64,000 nucleotides of DNA. Source: Comamonadaceae bacterium (GTDB lineage: Bacteria; Pseudomonadota; Gammaproteobacteria; Burkholderiales; Burkholderiaceae_C). Below are positions 9,263 to 18,693 of the stretch, in pieces (positions within the stretch are counted from its first letter, which is position 1; the number at the start of each line of letters is the position of its first letter). The DNA is taken from contig CANFPJ010000003.1 in the NCBI GenBank assembly GCA_947448885.1, positions 5,090 to 69,089 on the forward strand. The letters are read 5' to 3'. A program made the position numbers and the translations under genes. The notes under the pieces are model-generated. The model ran no database searches. It was not told where the DNA came from and saw only the letters and a list, made by a program, of their open reading frames with translations.

Positions 9263-10669
9263 TCAAGCCGCCAACCACTGGGCCAGCTCGCGGGTGCGGA
9301 TGTGGGGCAGGTTCAGCACGCCGTCGCGCAATGCGCTCGCAGCTGACACGGGCCAAGCCAGCGCCGCGTTGTCCATGAACTTGGCCACGATATCGGCATG
9401 GGCAATGGGCCGACCAGGCGCGCCGCGGTTGATGGGTTCTTGGTGCACGACCTGGCGGCCATCGGCGAAGTGCAACACCACCTCTCCCGGGAAGTATTTG
9501 GGGTAATCGGCATCGGGGTCGACTTCATAGCGCACTTTGTCGGCCAAGGCCTGGGTGAGCGGGTCTTGCATGGCCTCGGGCTCCAAGGCTTGCAGCCCGA
9601 ACTTGCCATGGCGCAAGGCCGTGGCGATGCCATATTGCACGCTGAACTGGGCTTCATAAGCATTCGACGGTCGGCGCTTTTGGGCCACTGGCTCGCACAC
9701 CACCGGCACGTAACCCTGGGCCACACGGGCCACGATGTGCGACAACTCCCCCCGCGCCAACTCGGGGCGCAAAGCGCTGGCCGCATCGATGCAGGCATGG
9801 ACAAAATGGCATGCGGGGATGGGCTTGACCGCCACGCGCATCAACTCCCAGGCCACGCCCAAACCCTGCGTGGCCAACTCCATGCGACAAGCGCCCAGGG
9901 CTGTCCCCAAATGGCTGGCGTACAAACCGTATTGGCCTTCGTAGGCGGTGGATGGCCCGCTCATGCCACGCCGCGCCAAGGCCACCGCCACGATGGCGCT
10001 GGAGGCCGCCCATCCTGGGTGGAAGCGTTTGGTGCCTGCGCCCTCTTTCAAAAACTCCAAGGTCCCGCCGGCCATCGACAGGGCGATGCCCTGGGCCTGC
10101 ACAGTTTGCGCCTCGTCCAACCCCCACAGACGAGCCACCGCGATCACGCAACCAAAAATACCGGCCACCGCTGTGGGGTGAAAGCCCGCTTTGTGAAACA
10201 CGCCACCGGCCACCATGCCGACGCGGGTGGCCACCTCCATGCCGGCCACATAGGCCAACAGCAAATCTTCACCGCTGCTGTCTTGTTGGCAGGCCACGCT
10301 GAAAGCGGCGGCCAACACCGAAGCGGTGGCATGGACCACGCTGCCGGGGTGGGTGTCGTCGTAATCCAAACCGTGGATCAACAAGCCGTTGATCAAGGCC
10401 GCATCGCGGGCTGGCAAATGGGCTTGCATGCCAAACACCGGAACGGGGCCTGTGCTGGGGCACAGGTCTTGCATCGCCAGCCATGTTTGTTGGGCAAAAG
10501 GGTAGCGCCCTGAAGCCAGCGCGATGCCCAGGGCATCCAAGATCAGGTGCTGGCTTTGGGCCACCACCTCGGCGGGAAGATCGCGCCATTGCAACGCATG
10601 CGCCCAATGGGCATAGCTTGCCGCAATAGGTCCAGCCACTGGGGGGGCATCGGCGTCAGGCTTTTGCAT
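9263..10669 (-). CDS. MmgE/PrpD family protein
   Basis: AALINGLLIHGLDYDDTH, GFHPT, KRFHPG, KPIPACH, AQFS. Start set at MQKPD. Confidence 0.9.
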   Translation of the reverse strand: MQKPDADAPPVAGPIAASYAHWAHALQWRDLPAEVVAQSQHLILDALGIALASGRYPFAQQTWLAMQDLCPSTGPVPVFGMQAHLPARDAALINGLLIHGLDYDDTHPGSVVHATASVLAAAFSVACQQDSSGEDLLLAYVAGMEVATRVGMVAGGVFHKAGFHPTAVAGIFGCVIAVARLWGLDEAQTVQAQGIALSMAGGTLEFLKEGAGTKRFHPGWAASSAIVAVALARRGMSGPSTAYEGQYGLYASHLGTALGACRMELATQGLGVAWELMRVAVKPIPACHFVHACIDAASALRPELARGELSHIVARVAQGYVPVVCEPVAQKRRPSNAYEAQFSVQYGIATALRHGKFGLQALEPEAMQDPLTQALADKVRYEVDPDADYPKYFPGEVVLHFADGRQVVHQEPINRGAPGRPIAHADIVAKFMDNAALAWPVSAASALRDGVLNLPHIRTRELAQWLAA

Positions 10670-10683
10670 ATGTTTGACCTGGC

Positions 10684-11187
10684 TCAATCGTCCACGGCAT
10701 GGCCACGGCATGCCACCAAAATGATGCGCTCAAAGGACATGATCTCGGCGCCATCCTGGTTGATGCCACGGGTGTGCACGGTCACGATGCCCTGGTGGGG
10801 GCGTGACTTGGACTCGCGTTTGTCCAATACCTTTGTTTCGGCATACAAGGTGTCGCCCGCGAACACCGGGCCGCTGAGTTTGATGTCTTTCCAACCCAAA
10901 TTCGCAATGGCTTTGGCACTGACGTCATTGACCGTCATGCCCACCACCACCGCCAACGACAAGGGGCTGTTGATGAGCAAGCGGCCAAATTCGCTTTTTT
11001 TGGCGAACTCCATGTCGCAATGCATGGGGTGCTGGTTCATGGTGAGCAGCGCAAAACTGATGTTGTCTTGGTCGGTCAAAGTGCGTCCTGGGCGGTGCTC
11101 ATACACATCGCCGACTTGAAAATCCTCAAAGTAACGGCCATAAGAGGTGCGGTAGCGCTGGGGTCCGATTTCGCGGGCTGTGATCAT
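10684..11187 (-). CDS. MaoC-family hotdog (de)hydratase (mesaconyl-CoA/beta-methylmalyl-CoA hydratase-like)
   Basis: GRYFEDFQVGDVYEHRPGRT, TMNQHPMH, PVFAGDTL, SRPHQGIV; AGGAG RBS before MITARE. Confidence 0.9.
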   Translation of the reverse strand: MITAREIGPQRYRTSYGRYFEDFQVGDVYEHRPGRTLTDQDNISFALLTMNQHPMHCDMEFAKKSEFGRLLINSPLSLAVVVGMTVNDVSAKAIANLGWKDIKLSGPVFAGDTLYAETKVLDKRESKSRPHQGIVTVHTRGINQDGAEIMSFERIILVACRGHAVDD

Positions 11188-11218
11188 GGGTTCTCCTGTT
11201 TGTGGTTTTAAAAATGTT

Positions 11219-12331
11219 TCATGCCAAACTTTTTTCTTCGGCCAACGTCGGGTAATCGTTGTAACCATCGGGCCCGCCACCGTAAAACCGTTTGGTGATG
11301 GCCTTTTGATAGGGCCCATCGGCACGGATGCGCTCGGGCAAATCCGGGTTGGCCATCCACAAGCGGCCAAACGAGACGGCATCAATGGACCCATTGGCAA
11401 TCAGGGTTTGGGCCGTTTGTGGGTCTATCCCCCCGTTGGCAATGATGGGCCCATCAAACACCGGTCGGGTGAGGGACAGCATTTGATCGCGGTCAAATTG
11501 GCCTGCCCAAAAGTTGGTGTCGGCCAACTCCAACCAGCCCATGCCATGGCGGGCGAGTTCATCGACCAAATAGCGGTAAGTGGGAACGGGGTCCGGGTCC
11601 AACGCGCCATTGAAGGTGGTGAAGGGGGAAATGCGCATGCCCACGCGCCCCGCAGGAAACTCGGCAATCATGGCGCGCATGGCTTGCAACGCGAATTGAG
11701 CGCGCCCCTGGGGTGAGCCCCCATAGGCATCGGTGCGGCGGTTCAGATAGGGTGACAAGAACTGATGTGGCAAATAGCCATTCGCTGCATGCAACTGAAC
11801 CCCATCAAAGCCCACTTCGCGCGCGGCACGGGCCGCACGGCCAAAGGCGGCAATGGTGTCTTCCACTTCAGCCAAAGTCATTTCACGTGAAGGACAGGCA
11901 GTTTTCTTGCGAAAAATGCCTTGCTCATCGCGGCCCCACACGGTGATGGTGTCGATGTTGTCATTCACCCCCGACGGTGACAGCGGGGGATCGGGTTGCT
12001 CCCGGTTGTCCGCGGCCACGCGGCCGCCGTGCCACAACTGCAGCGCGATCTTGCCGCCGGCTTGGTGCACGTGATCCACCAAAACCCGCCAAGCAGCGAT
12101 TTGCTCAGCCGTGAAGATCCCTGGCGTGCATTCCCAAGCGTTCGAGCGCAAAGCCACGTTGGTGGCCTCGGCAATGATCAGACCCGCTGAAGCCCGCTGC
12201 ACATAGTGCTCGAACATCATGGGGGTTGGCACGCGCTCGGGGGTGGCACGCGAGCGGGTCAATGGCGCCATCCAAATGCGGTTGGCGAGTTGAAGGTCGC
12301 CCAGTTGGATGGGGGAAAACAAGTCAGACAT
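11219..12331 (-). CDS. Old yellow enzyme family alkene reductase (NemA-like)
   Basis: NRIWMAPLTRSR, QRASAGLI, QLWHGGR, GFDGVQLHAANGYL, NPDLP, GYNDYP. Confidence 0.93.
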   Translation of the reverse strand: MSDLFSPIQLGDLQLANRIWMAPLTRSRATPERVPTPMMFEHYVQRASAGLIIAEATNVALRSNAWECTPGIFTAEQIAAWRVLVDHVHQAGGKIALQLWHGGRVAADNREQPDPPLSPSGVNDNIDTITVWGRDEQGIFRKKTACPSREMTLAEVEDTIAAFGRAARAAREVGFDGVQLHAANGYLPHQFLSPYLNRRTDAYGGSPQGRAQFALQAMRAMIAEFPAGRVGMRISPFTTFNGALDPDPVPTYRYLVDELARHGMGWLELADTNFWAGQFDRDQMLSLTRPVFDGPIIANGGIDPQTAQTLIANGSIDAVSFGRLWMANPDLPERIRADGPYQKAITKRFYGGGPDGYNDYPTLAEEKSLA

Positions 12332-12391
12332 GGTGTTCGGTCTCCTGGGTCGAAATAGAAATCAGCGTTCAGCGGGGCAGCAGCTTGGGGC

Positions 12392-12694
12392 TCAAGCCAT
12401 GGTGGGTACAGCCCAGGCCTGCACCTGGGCGCCGTTTTCGCGCAAGGGTTTGATCTGTGCGTATTCTTTGGAATGCCAAAAGGCCTTCAGATGGTCCATG
12501 CTGGGAAACTCCAACACGATCAGGCGTTGGCCATCGTGCTGGCCCTCCATGACCTCGAGGTCCTTGCCAATGGCCAGCACCTTGCCGCCATGCAGCGCCA
12601 TCAAGGGCTGGACTTGCGCTTGGTATTGCTTGTAGCGCGCCATGAACGCTGGGTCTGGGCTGAGTTGGGCTTGGATGATGAACAAAGCGGGCAT
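12392..12694 (-). CDS. DUF1330 domain protein
   Basis: HGGKVL...EVMEG...LIVLEFPSM...FWHSKEY pattern. Confidence 0.88.
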   Translation of the reverse strand: MPALFIIQAQLSPDPAFMARYKQYQAQVQPLMALHGGKVLAIGKDLEVMEGQHDGQRLIVLEFPSMDHLKAFWHSKEYAQIKPLRENGAQVQAWAVPTMA

Positions 12695-12697
12695 GGG

Positions 12698-14242
12698 TCA
12701 ATCCAATGGATGGGTCAGTTGTGCGATCAGCAGGTCTTTGAGCTTTCCGCGCTCGACTTTTCCCGTCGGGTTGGACGGAATCGCATCAATGAAGAAGTAA
12801 TGGCGCGGTCGCTTGAAGGCGGCCAAATCGGGGTTTTGCAAACAAAACGCGTCCATGGCCGCGGCATCCAAGGCGGGGTCTTTGCGCACGATGGCAGCGC
12901 ACACCACTTGGCCCCACTTGGTGCTGGGCAAACCCACGGCGGCTGCGTTGGCCACGCCTGGGTGTTGGAACAAAATGTTTTCAACCTCTGAAGGGTGGAT
13001 GTTTTCGCCACCGCTTTTGATGGTGTGGTCCATGCGCCCCATCACGGTGATGAAGCCCTCGCTGTCGGCCACCGCAGCGTCGCCAGAAAAATACCAGCCG
13101 TTGCGCAGCGTCTCCGCGGTTTTGTCGGGCAGACCCCAGTACTCGGTGAACAAGGTCGGGCCACGGGCGATCAGTTGACCAATTTCACCGGCGCTGCAAA
13201 CCTGATTCGGGTCCACGCTGTCGTTGCGAATCACCCGCACTTCCATGTTGACCGCCGCTTGGCCCACGCTGCCCAGTTTTTCTGGCCGCCGTCGGTAGTC
13301 ACACACGGTGACCGCCAGGGCTTCGGTGGAGCCGTAGATGTTGCCAAAGTAGTCTGGGAACAAAGCCATGCATTTGCGTGTCACGTCGTCGGCCAGGGTT
13401 TGTCCGCCATAAAAACCACAGCGCAAACTGCTCAGGTCGTATTGGCTCAAATCGGCGGCCACCAGCATCACCATTTGGGTGGGCACACCGTGCAACACGG
13501 TGATGCGCTCAGCTTCGACCAAAGACAAGGTTTCGTGCACATCAAATCCACGCGTCAGCACATTGGTGCCGCCGATCTGGATGAAGGGCATCAACTGCAA
13601 ATGGAATTGGGCAATGTGGAACAAGGGTTTGTTGTGCAGGATCACATCTTCGTGACGAAACCCCACTTCGACCGCCATGGTCATGCTGCCCACGATTTCG
13701 GCCAAATGGGATCGCACCACCCCTTTGGGTCGTCCCGTGGTGCCGGAGGTGTACATGATCAAGGCCGGGTCGTGCCAATCGACATGAACCTGTGGCTCCT
13801 GATGGCCCCCTGCGGACACAAAGTCGTCGAAGCGAATTTCGCCCGCTTGAACCTGGTCCCCGATGTAGATGAGCTTTTCCAACTTCAATTGGTCTTTGAT
13901 GGCCATGACCGGTGCGCGCAGGTTTTCCTCGAACACCAGCATCTTGGCGCCACAGTCTTCGATGATGTACTTCACCTCGTTGGGCGCCAACCGGTAATTG
14001 ATGGGCACGGGAATCGCGCCCAACTTCATCAAGGCGTAAAAGCCTGTGATCTGCTCTGGCAAGTTGTAGGTGAAAAAGGCCACCCGATCACCCTTGACCA
14101 CACCGCTGGCCGCAAACGCGCCCGCAGCGCGGTTGACCCAGTCATTCCACTGGCCGTAGGTCCAGCGTTGGCCTTCAAAGACCAAGGCGGTTTTGTGCGG
14201 CCATTTCAAGGCCGATTGGGTCATGGTGGCAGCGAGGTTCAT
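12698..14242 (-). CDS. Acyl-CoA synthetase (AMP-forming, class I adenylate-forming)
   Basis: YTSGTTGRPKG, YGSTE, SGD, IKSGGENIHP, LAAFKRP, NPTGK. Start set at MNLAA. Confidence 0.93.
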   Translation of the reverse strand: MNLAATMTQSALKWPHKTALVFEGQRWTYGQWNDWVNRAAGAFAASGVVKGDRVAFFTYNLPEQITGFYALMKLGAIPVPINYRLAPNEVKYIIEDCGAKMLVFEENLRAPVMAIKDQLKLEKLIYIGDQVQAGEIRFDDFVSAGGHQEPQVHVDWHDPALIMYTSGTTGRPKGVVRSHLAEIVGSMTMAVEVGFRHEDVILHNKPLFHIAQFHLQLMPFIQIGGTNVLTRGFDVHETLSLVEAERITVLHGVPTQMVMLVAADLSQYDLSSLRCGFYGGQTLADDVTRKCMALFPDYFGNIYGSTEALAVTVCDYRRRPEKLGSVGQAAVNMEVRVIRNDSVDPNQVCSAGEIGQLIARGPTLFTEYWGLPDKTAETLRNGWYFSGDAAVADSEGFITVMGRMDHTIKSGGENIHPSEVENILFQHPGVANAAAVGLPSTKWGQVVCAAIVRKDPALDAAAMDAFCLQNPDLAAFKRPRHYFFIDAIPSNPTGKVERGKLKDLLIAQLTHPLD

Positions 14243-14271
14243 GGCTGGGTTGTGCAAAGTGGTTTCAAAAA

Positions 14272-14892
14272 TCAAATCATGCGGGGCCAACGCGCCCAAT
14301 GGAATCCGAATGGCACGTCATCTGCGAGGGCCGGCTTGGCGTGCCCCCTGGGCGTTGGCAAATCGAAGGCATCCATCGCCACCCCGTGGGCTTGCAAAGC
14401 AGCCAAGGTCGAAGACGGCAGCACCCCGTGGGCCATGCCCTGCTGTTCAAAAGCCACTTGTGCAGACCCCAGGCCGAGCAGGTTGACCTCAGGCCATGTG
14501 GGCCACGCTGGTCTGTGTCGGCTGGCTTGCGTGGGCGCAGTCGCCGCTCGGCCTGCATGCCATTCGGGTCGGCCATGGAAGCGCGCACAGGCCACGCACC
14601 CATGGCGTGAGTAGGTTTGTCCGCGCCAAGCGTGGGCCGGCACAAACCCATGCTCGCGGGCCTGCCACCCTTGGTCGTTGATGGTCAAGTCGCCATGCAG
14701 CAGCAAAAAATCTTCATCCACACTGTAATGCCCGGGTCGAATTCGGCGCCAATTCGGGGGGAATTTCACCAAGGCCCAAAAGTGATCTGGCGCCAACGAC
14801 GGCAACCGCGCCAATTGAACCGCCCCACTGGCATCGGGCATGGCGTATTCCCGCCAGGTCAAGTCCAATGGGGGGTTGAGCGCCATGCCCAT
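14272..14892 (-). CDS. Hypothetical protein with a ChrR-like cupin N-terminal half
   Basis: In operon. LVKFPPNW.R..PGHYSVDEDFLLLHGDL resembles a cupin barrel. Confidence 0.6.
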   Translation of the reverse strand: MGMALNPPLDLTWREYAMPDASGAVQLARLPSLAPDHFWALVKFPPNWRRIRPGHYSVDEDFLLLHGDLTINDQGWQAREHGFVPAHAWRGQTYSRHGCVACARFHGRPEWHAGRAATAPTQASRHRPAWPTWPEVNLLGLGSAQVAFEQQGMAHGVLPSSTLAALQAHGVAMDAFDLPTPRGHAKPALADDVPFGFHWARWPRMI

Positions 14893-14895
14893 GGC

Positions 14896-15324
14896 TCAGG
14901 CCTTGCCCATGCGGATCTCGCTCATGGCTTGCGCCACCAAGCGCTCACCGCACATGAGTTGCTGATCGATGTGCACCACCCAATGGCCCGCGGGTGCATC
15001 GATGGCCATCACCTGGCCGCGTGCCACCAGGTGGTCGCCGGCGAAGGCCATGGATTTCATTTTCAAGGCCATGCGCTGGATGAACGCCTGGGGGCCAGCC
15101 CAACGCATGGCCTCCCGCGCAAACACAGCGCCAAAAGCTTGACCATCGATCAACACCCCCGGCAATTGCTTGGACTGGGCATGCGCTTTGTCATAGTGCA
15201 AACGGTGCCAGTCCCAGGTGGCCGCACCATAGGCCACCAAGTCGACTTCGGTGAAGGTGTGGGCCTGTTCTGGCAAGGCATCGCCAGGTCGCAGCTGGCT
15301 GGGGTCAAGGCTGGGTCTGAGCAT
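14896..15324 (-). CDS. MaoC-family dehydratase subunit
   Basis: YGAATWDWHRLHYD hydratase-2-like motif, AFAGD. Start set at MLRPS; overlaps the upstream gene. Confidence 0.85.
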   Translation of the reverse strand: MLRPSLDPSQLRPGDALPEQAHTFTEVDLVAYGAATWDWHRLHYDKAHAQSKQLPGVLIDGQAFGAVFAREAMRWAGPQAFIQRMALKMKSMAFAGDHLVARGQVMAIDAPAGHWVVHIDQQLMCGERLVAQAMSEIRMGKA

Positions 15325-15817
15325 GGGGCACCAAAGGTTGAAAGACCAAGGCTTCGCGGTTGGTCGCGACGATGTGGCCTTGCGCATCGGCATACGTCGC
15401 CACCGACATCACAAACAACTGCGTCCCGCCCCTGGAAGACGGCTTTTCCACCATGCTCTCCAAAGTCCAGGTCACAGATATGCGGTCGGTTGCCAAGATC
15501 GGGCGGTTGAAGGTGTAGTCGTTGCCGGCGCGGATCATGCGGCAGCCGGGCACAGGCAAATGCCACTCATGCCCGATATACCCATCGGCATCGGGTGCGC
15601 GGTGGGCGTATTGACAGGTCTCACAGACCAGCGTGGGTGGGGCAATCACACCTTCGTGGCCAGCGGCTTGGGCGTAGGCCTCGTCGACATACAAAGGGTT
15701 GTCGTCGTGCATGGCCAATGCGAAGTAGCGGATGGATGCATGACCCAAGGCTTCGCGCGCAGGGTAATGCACTTGACGACCCATCAGCGCTTGCAGTTCT
15801 GGGGTGAGCAAGGCCAT
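15305..15817 (-). CDS. MaoC dehydratase N-terminal (FAS1-like) domain subunit
   Basis: IRYFALAMHDDNPLYVD, IAPPT, YTFNRPI motifs; pairs with the downstream MaoC gene. Confidence 0.87.
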   Translation of the reverse strand: MALLTPELQALMGRQVHYPAREALGHASIRYFALAMHDDNPLYVDEAYAQAAGHEGVIAPPTLVCETCQYAHRAPDADGYIGHEWHLPVPGCRMIRAGNDYTFNRPILATDRISVTWTLESMVEKPSSRGGTQLFVMSVATYADAQGHIVATNREALVFQPLVPHAQTQP

Positions 15818-15820
15818 GGG

Positions 15821-16987
15821 TCAGTCCAATATCGCGAAAGGATCGACTTCGATCTTCATCTCGGGCCTGAGCAATGCCTCACAAATCAAACCGGTCGATG
15901 CTGGGTAAGGCGTGCGCAACAAAGCCGCGCGCACGCCAGCCACATTGCGGTAGTCGGCCAAGGCATTGGGCGTGACGTATTCAATGGTTTTGACCAAATT
16001 TTGCGGGCCAGCGCCAGCGGCCTCCAGCACCTTGAGAATATTGCGGTAGGTGTACTCGGCTTGTGCCACCACATCGTCTTCGTGCACCACCCGTTCTGTG
16101 GCCGGGTCCAAGGCCCCTTGGCCCGACATGAACAACAGCTTGCCTGCTTTGACCGCAGGGCTGTAGGTGAGTTTTTCATAGCGGGTCCAACCCGGGTTGA
16201 TGCACTCCAGCACATCGCGCGAGGCGATGAAGTCGTATTGGATCAAAGCCTCGGGGTGCACCAAGCGCGGCATCATCAAACCTGCGGCGCCAGGGTAGAT
16301 GGGCCCCAAATGCTGTTTTCGAATGCGCCCGGTCCCTTTGTACTGGGCCAAGCCTTGGGCCGTGAGGTAATCCACGGTTTTGACCACATTTTGAAAACCC
16401 AAACCCAGCGCAGCCAGCATCTTTCCCGCTTGCTCGAAGATATAGGCGGTTTGCGCCACGATGTCGCCCGCGCCCACGATGCGCCCCTGGGCATCGACCG
16501 GTTGAATGGTCGGCAAGTAAACCACCCCAGCCGAGTCGCGCGCGGGCGAAGCCCGGGAACCCACATCGGTGGCCGCACCCACCGGGCCGGCGGTGATTTC
16601 GATTTCAATGAAGGCCTCTGGCCGCAACAAACTTTTGACCGGCACGGTGTGCACCGTCGGCTGATGGGTGCCAAACACTTCGGCGCGCACCGCTGCGGCT
16701 TCGGCGTAACGCTCAATGCCCTCTGGCCGGACGTATTCAACCACCCGCACCACATCTTGAAAGCCCATGCCGGCCCCCTCCAAAATGGCACCGATCTTGG
16801 CGTAGGCCGTGCGCACCTGATCGGTCATGCTGCCGCGCACAACAATTTTTTTACCGATCGGGTCGTACTCGGACGCCGTGTGGCCAGACAAATAAGCGCC
16901 GCGTTCGGTTTTCAAGCCCAAGGAAAAGGAATAGCGCGCATAGTCGAACCAAGGGAAGTGGGCGGGCGTGATGGCTTGGAGTTTCAT
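15821..16987 (-). CDS. RidA/YjgF-family protein with three tandem Rid domains
   Basis: Three repeats of the pattern (SG)..D...Q....Y..I..L..AG....VV...EY...R...P......L..PE..IE; 388 aa is about three Rid domains. Confidence 0.88.
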   Translation of the reverse strand: MKLQAITPAHFPWFDYARYSFSLGLKTERGAYLSGHTASEYDPIGKKIVVRGSMTDQVRTAYAKIGAILEGAGMGFQDVVRVVEYVRPEGIERYAEAAAVRAEVFGTHQPTVHTVPVKSLLRPEAFIEIEITAGPVGAATDVGSRASPARDSAGVVYLPTIQPVDAQGRIVGAGDIVAQTAYIFEQAGKMLAALGLGFQNVVKTVDYLTAQGLAQYKGTGRIRKQHLGPIYPGAAGLMMPRLVHPEALIQYDFIASRDVLECINPGWTRYEKLTYSPAVKAGKLLFMSGQGALDPATERVVHEDDVVAQAEYTYRNILKVLEAAGAGPQNLVKTIEYVTPNALADYRNVAGVRAALLRTPYPASTGLICEALLRPEMKIEVDPFAILD

Positions 16988-17014
16988 GGTGATGATGGGT
17001 CGATAAAAAAGAAA

Positions 17015-18682
17015 TCAGGGTGCATTTTTTTGCCACCAGCCACTCAGCAATTGGAGGTGTTCCTCGCTGGGGTGAGAAACCGCGCTGGGCATGCCTTGCG
17101 GCGAATGAAGGCTCAAATGGGCATAGGTGTCGTTGTGGGCGGTGGTGCAGTGAAGCGGGGCTTTGATTTGCGGCCATTGACCTGCCCAATCAAATGACCA
17201 GTGCGTGCGCCAGGCACCGGCATAGCTGTCGGGCTGTTTCATGGCTTCCAACACCCAGGCGTTCAAGCGCACGGGGTCCATTTGAGAAGGCTGTGGCTTG
17301 CGCTGCGACATGCGGCGATCAAACCAGGGCCACCACAGTTCGGCATCGCGGGCGTGGTGCCAAGCGCGCAACCAATGGGCGCCCTCCCAACTGGGTTTCA
17401 CATCGGGGATGCCATCTGCCATCAGGCGGGCACGTGTGGCTGCATCTGCCCACAAGGGCGCATCCAAGACGACAGACGCCACCCTGTCCGGGTGCTGCAC
17501 AGCCAGGGCACAGGCCAAGGCCGCGCCACCCTGGTGGCCCCACACATGCACCCGCTTGACACCCATGTGGTCGAGCACATGGGCCACGGCACGAACCCAA
17601 GTGGCGTGGTCTTGCGGGTTGCCGGGCAGCGCATCCGATTCGCCATGGCCCGGCAAATCCAGCGCCAGGACCGGGTGCTTTTCACCGATGGTCAACAGGG
17701 CCGACTCATACAAACGCGATGAGCCCGGTGCGTGGTGCAGCAACAAAACCGGTGTGGCCTGACCCCAGTCCCCTTGGCTTCGCACCGCCAACTGCGCCCC
17801 TTCAAAGTCGACATAGGTCTCGGTCAAGCGCTGGGGCAGCGCCTGGCAAGGGGGCGCTGCGGGCACGGGTTGGCTGGCCGGGTGTTGGGCCAGCAAGCCC
17901 ATTTCATGCACAGATGCCGCGTCAAACTCACGCGGCACATCGGCCATCCACACGCCGTCTGGGTAAAGATGACGGGTCAGGTACATGCTGTCGCCCGGTC
18001 GGTTGCCAAAACACACCGGCACTTTCAAATCTGGCACCACGCCCAGGGCGCGGTGCCGAAACGGGGCCGCATAGCCCACCCGGTAGCCATCGCCCGCTTG
18101 CAACAGCTCGACCACGCCACGGTGCAAGAAATCCAAATCGGGCACATCGGTGTCGGAGCGGTTGGCATCCAACTGTTTGTTCCACGGCCAAAACACATGC
18201 TGGTCGCGGTAGCGAAACCACAACCGCAACATGTGCGCCGCATCCCACTGGGGAATGATGGGCTCCAAGTACGCCTCGAGTTCGCTGGGCGAATAGGCTT
18301 TGGCAAACACGGCAAAACCATCGGCCAAGGCCATGCTGCAGCGATCCGGGTGCCGGGCCGCAAACTCAACAGCGATGGATGCGCCGGTGTGCCGCCCATA
18401 GGTGGCCACTTGCCCAATGCCCAAGGCACTCAAGGTGTCGGCCAGGGCGTCCGCAAAATCTTCCACCGACGGCCCATCGATGGGCAAGGGGTCGGAAAGA
18501 CCAAAGCCCGGGGTATCGAACGCAAAACAGGTGTACCGCTGGGCGAAGATGTCCATCAAGGGCCGCATCACTTTGGATGAACAAGGTGACGCATGCAACA
18601 TGGCGACTGCCGGCCCTTGACCAGCGCGCAAATAATGCACGCGCCGCTGACCCACGGTGACGAAATGTTTGGTGATCTTCAT
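17015..18682 (-). CDS. Tandem two-domain alpha/beta-hydrolase-fold protein lacking the Ser nucleophile
   Basis: Domain 1: MLHASP, DTPGFGLSD, YGRHTGA. Domain 2: LLHHAP, DLPGHGESD, WGHQGGA. Start set at MKITKH. Confidence 0.85.
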   Translation of the reverse strand: MKITKHFVTVGQRRVHYLRAGQGPAVAMLHASPCSSKVMRPLMDIFAQRYTCFAFDTPGFGLSDPLPIDGPSVEDFADALADTLSALGIGQVATYGRHTGASIAVEFAARHPDRCSMALADGFAVFAKAYSPSELEAYLEPIIPQWDAAHMLRLWFRYRDQHVFWPWNKQLDANRSDTDVPDLDFLHRGVVELLQAGDGYRVGYAAPFRHRALGVVPDLKVPVCFGNRPGDSMYLTRHLYPDGVWMADVPREFDAASVHEMGLLAQHPASQPVPAAPPCQALPQRLTETYVDFEGAQLAVRSQGDWGQATPVLLLHHAPGSSRLYESALLTIGEKHPVLALDLPGHGESDALPGNPQDHATWVRAVAHVLDHMGVKRVHVWGHQGGAALACALAVQHPDRVASVVLDAPLWADAATRARLMADGIPDVKPSWEGAHWLRAWHHARDAELWWPWFDRRMSQRKPQPSQMDPVRLNAWVLEAMKQPDSYAGAWRTHWSFDWAGQWPQIKAPLHCTTAHNDTYAHLSLHSPQGMPSAVSHPSEEHLQLLSGWWQKNAP

Positions 18683-18693
18683 GGTCTGGCGCC

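Noticed and set aside
12995-17197. Long + strand ORFs (12995..14614, 539 aa; 15251..17197, 648 aa) and similar ones at 8062..9378, 26548..27816 and 59640..61031
   Set aside because: They are antisense shadows of well-supported genes in GC-biased DNA and contain no recognisable motifs.
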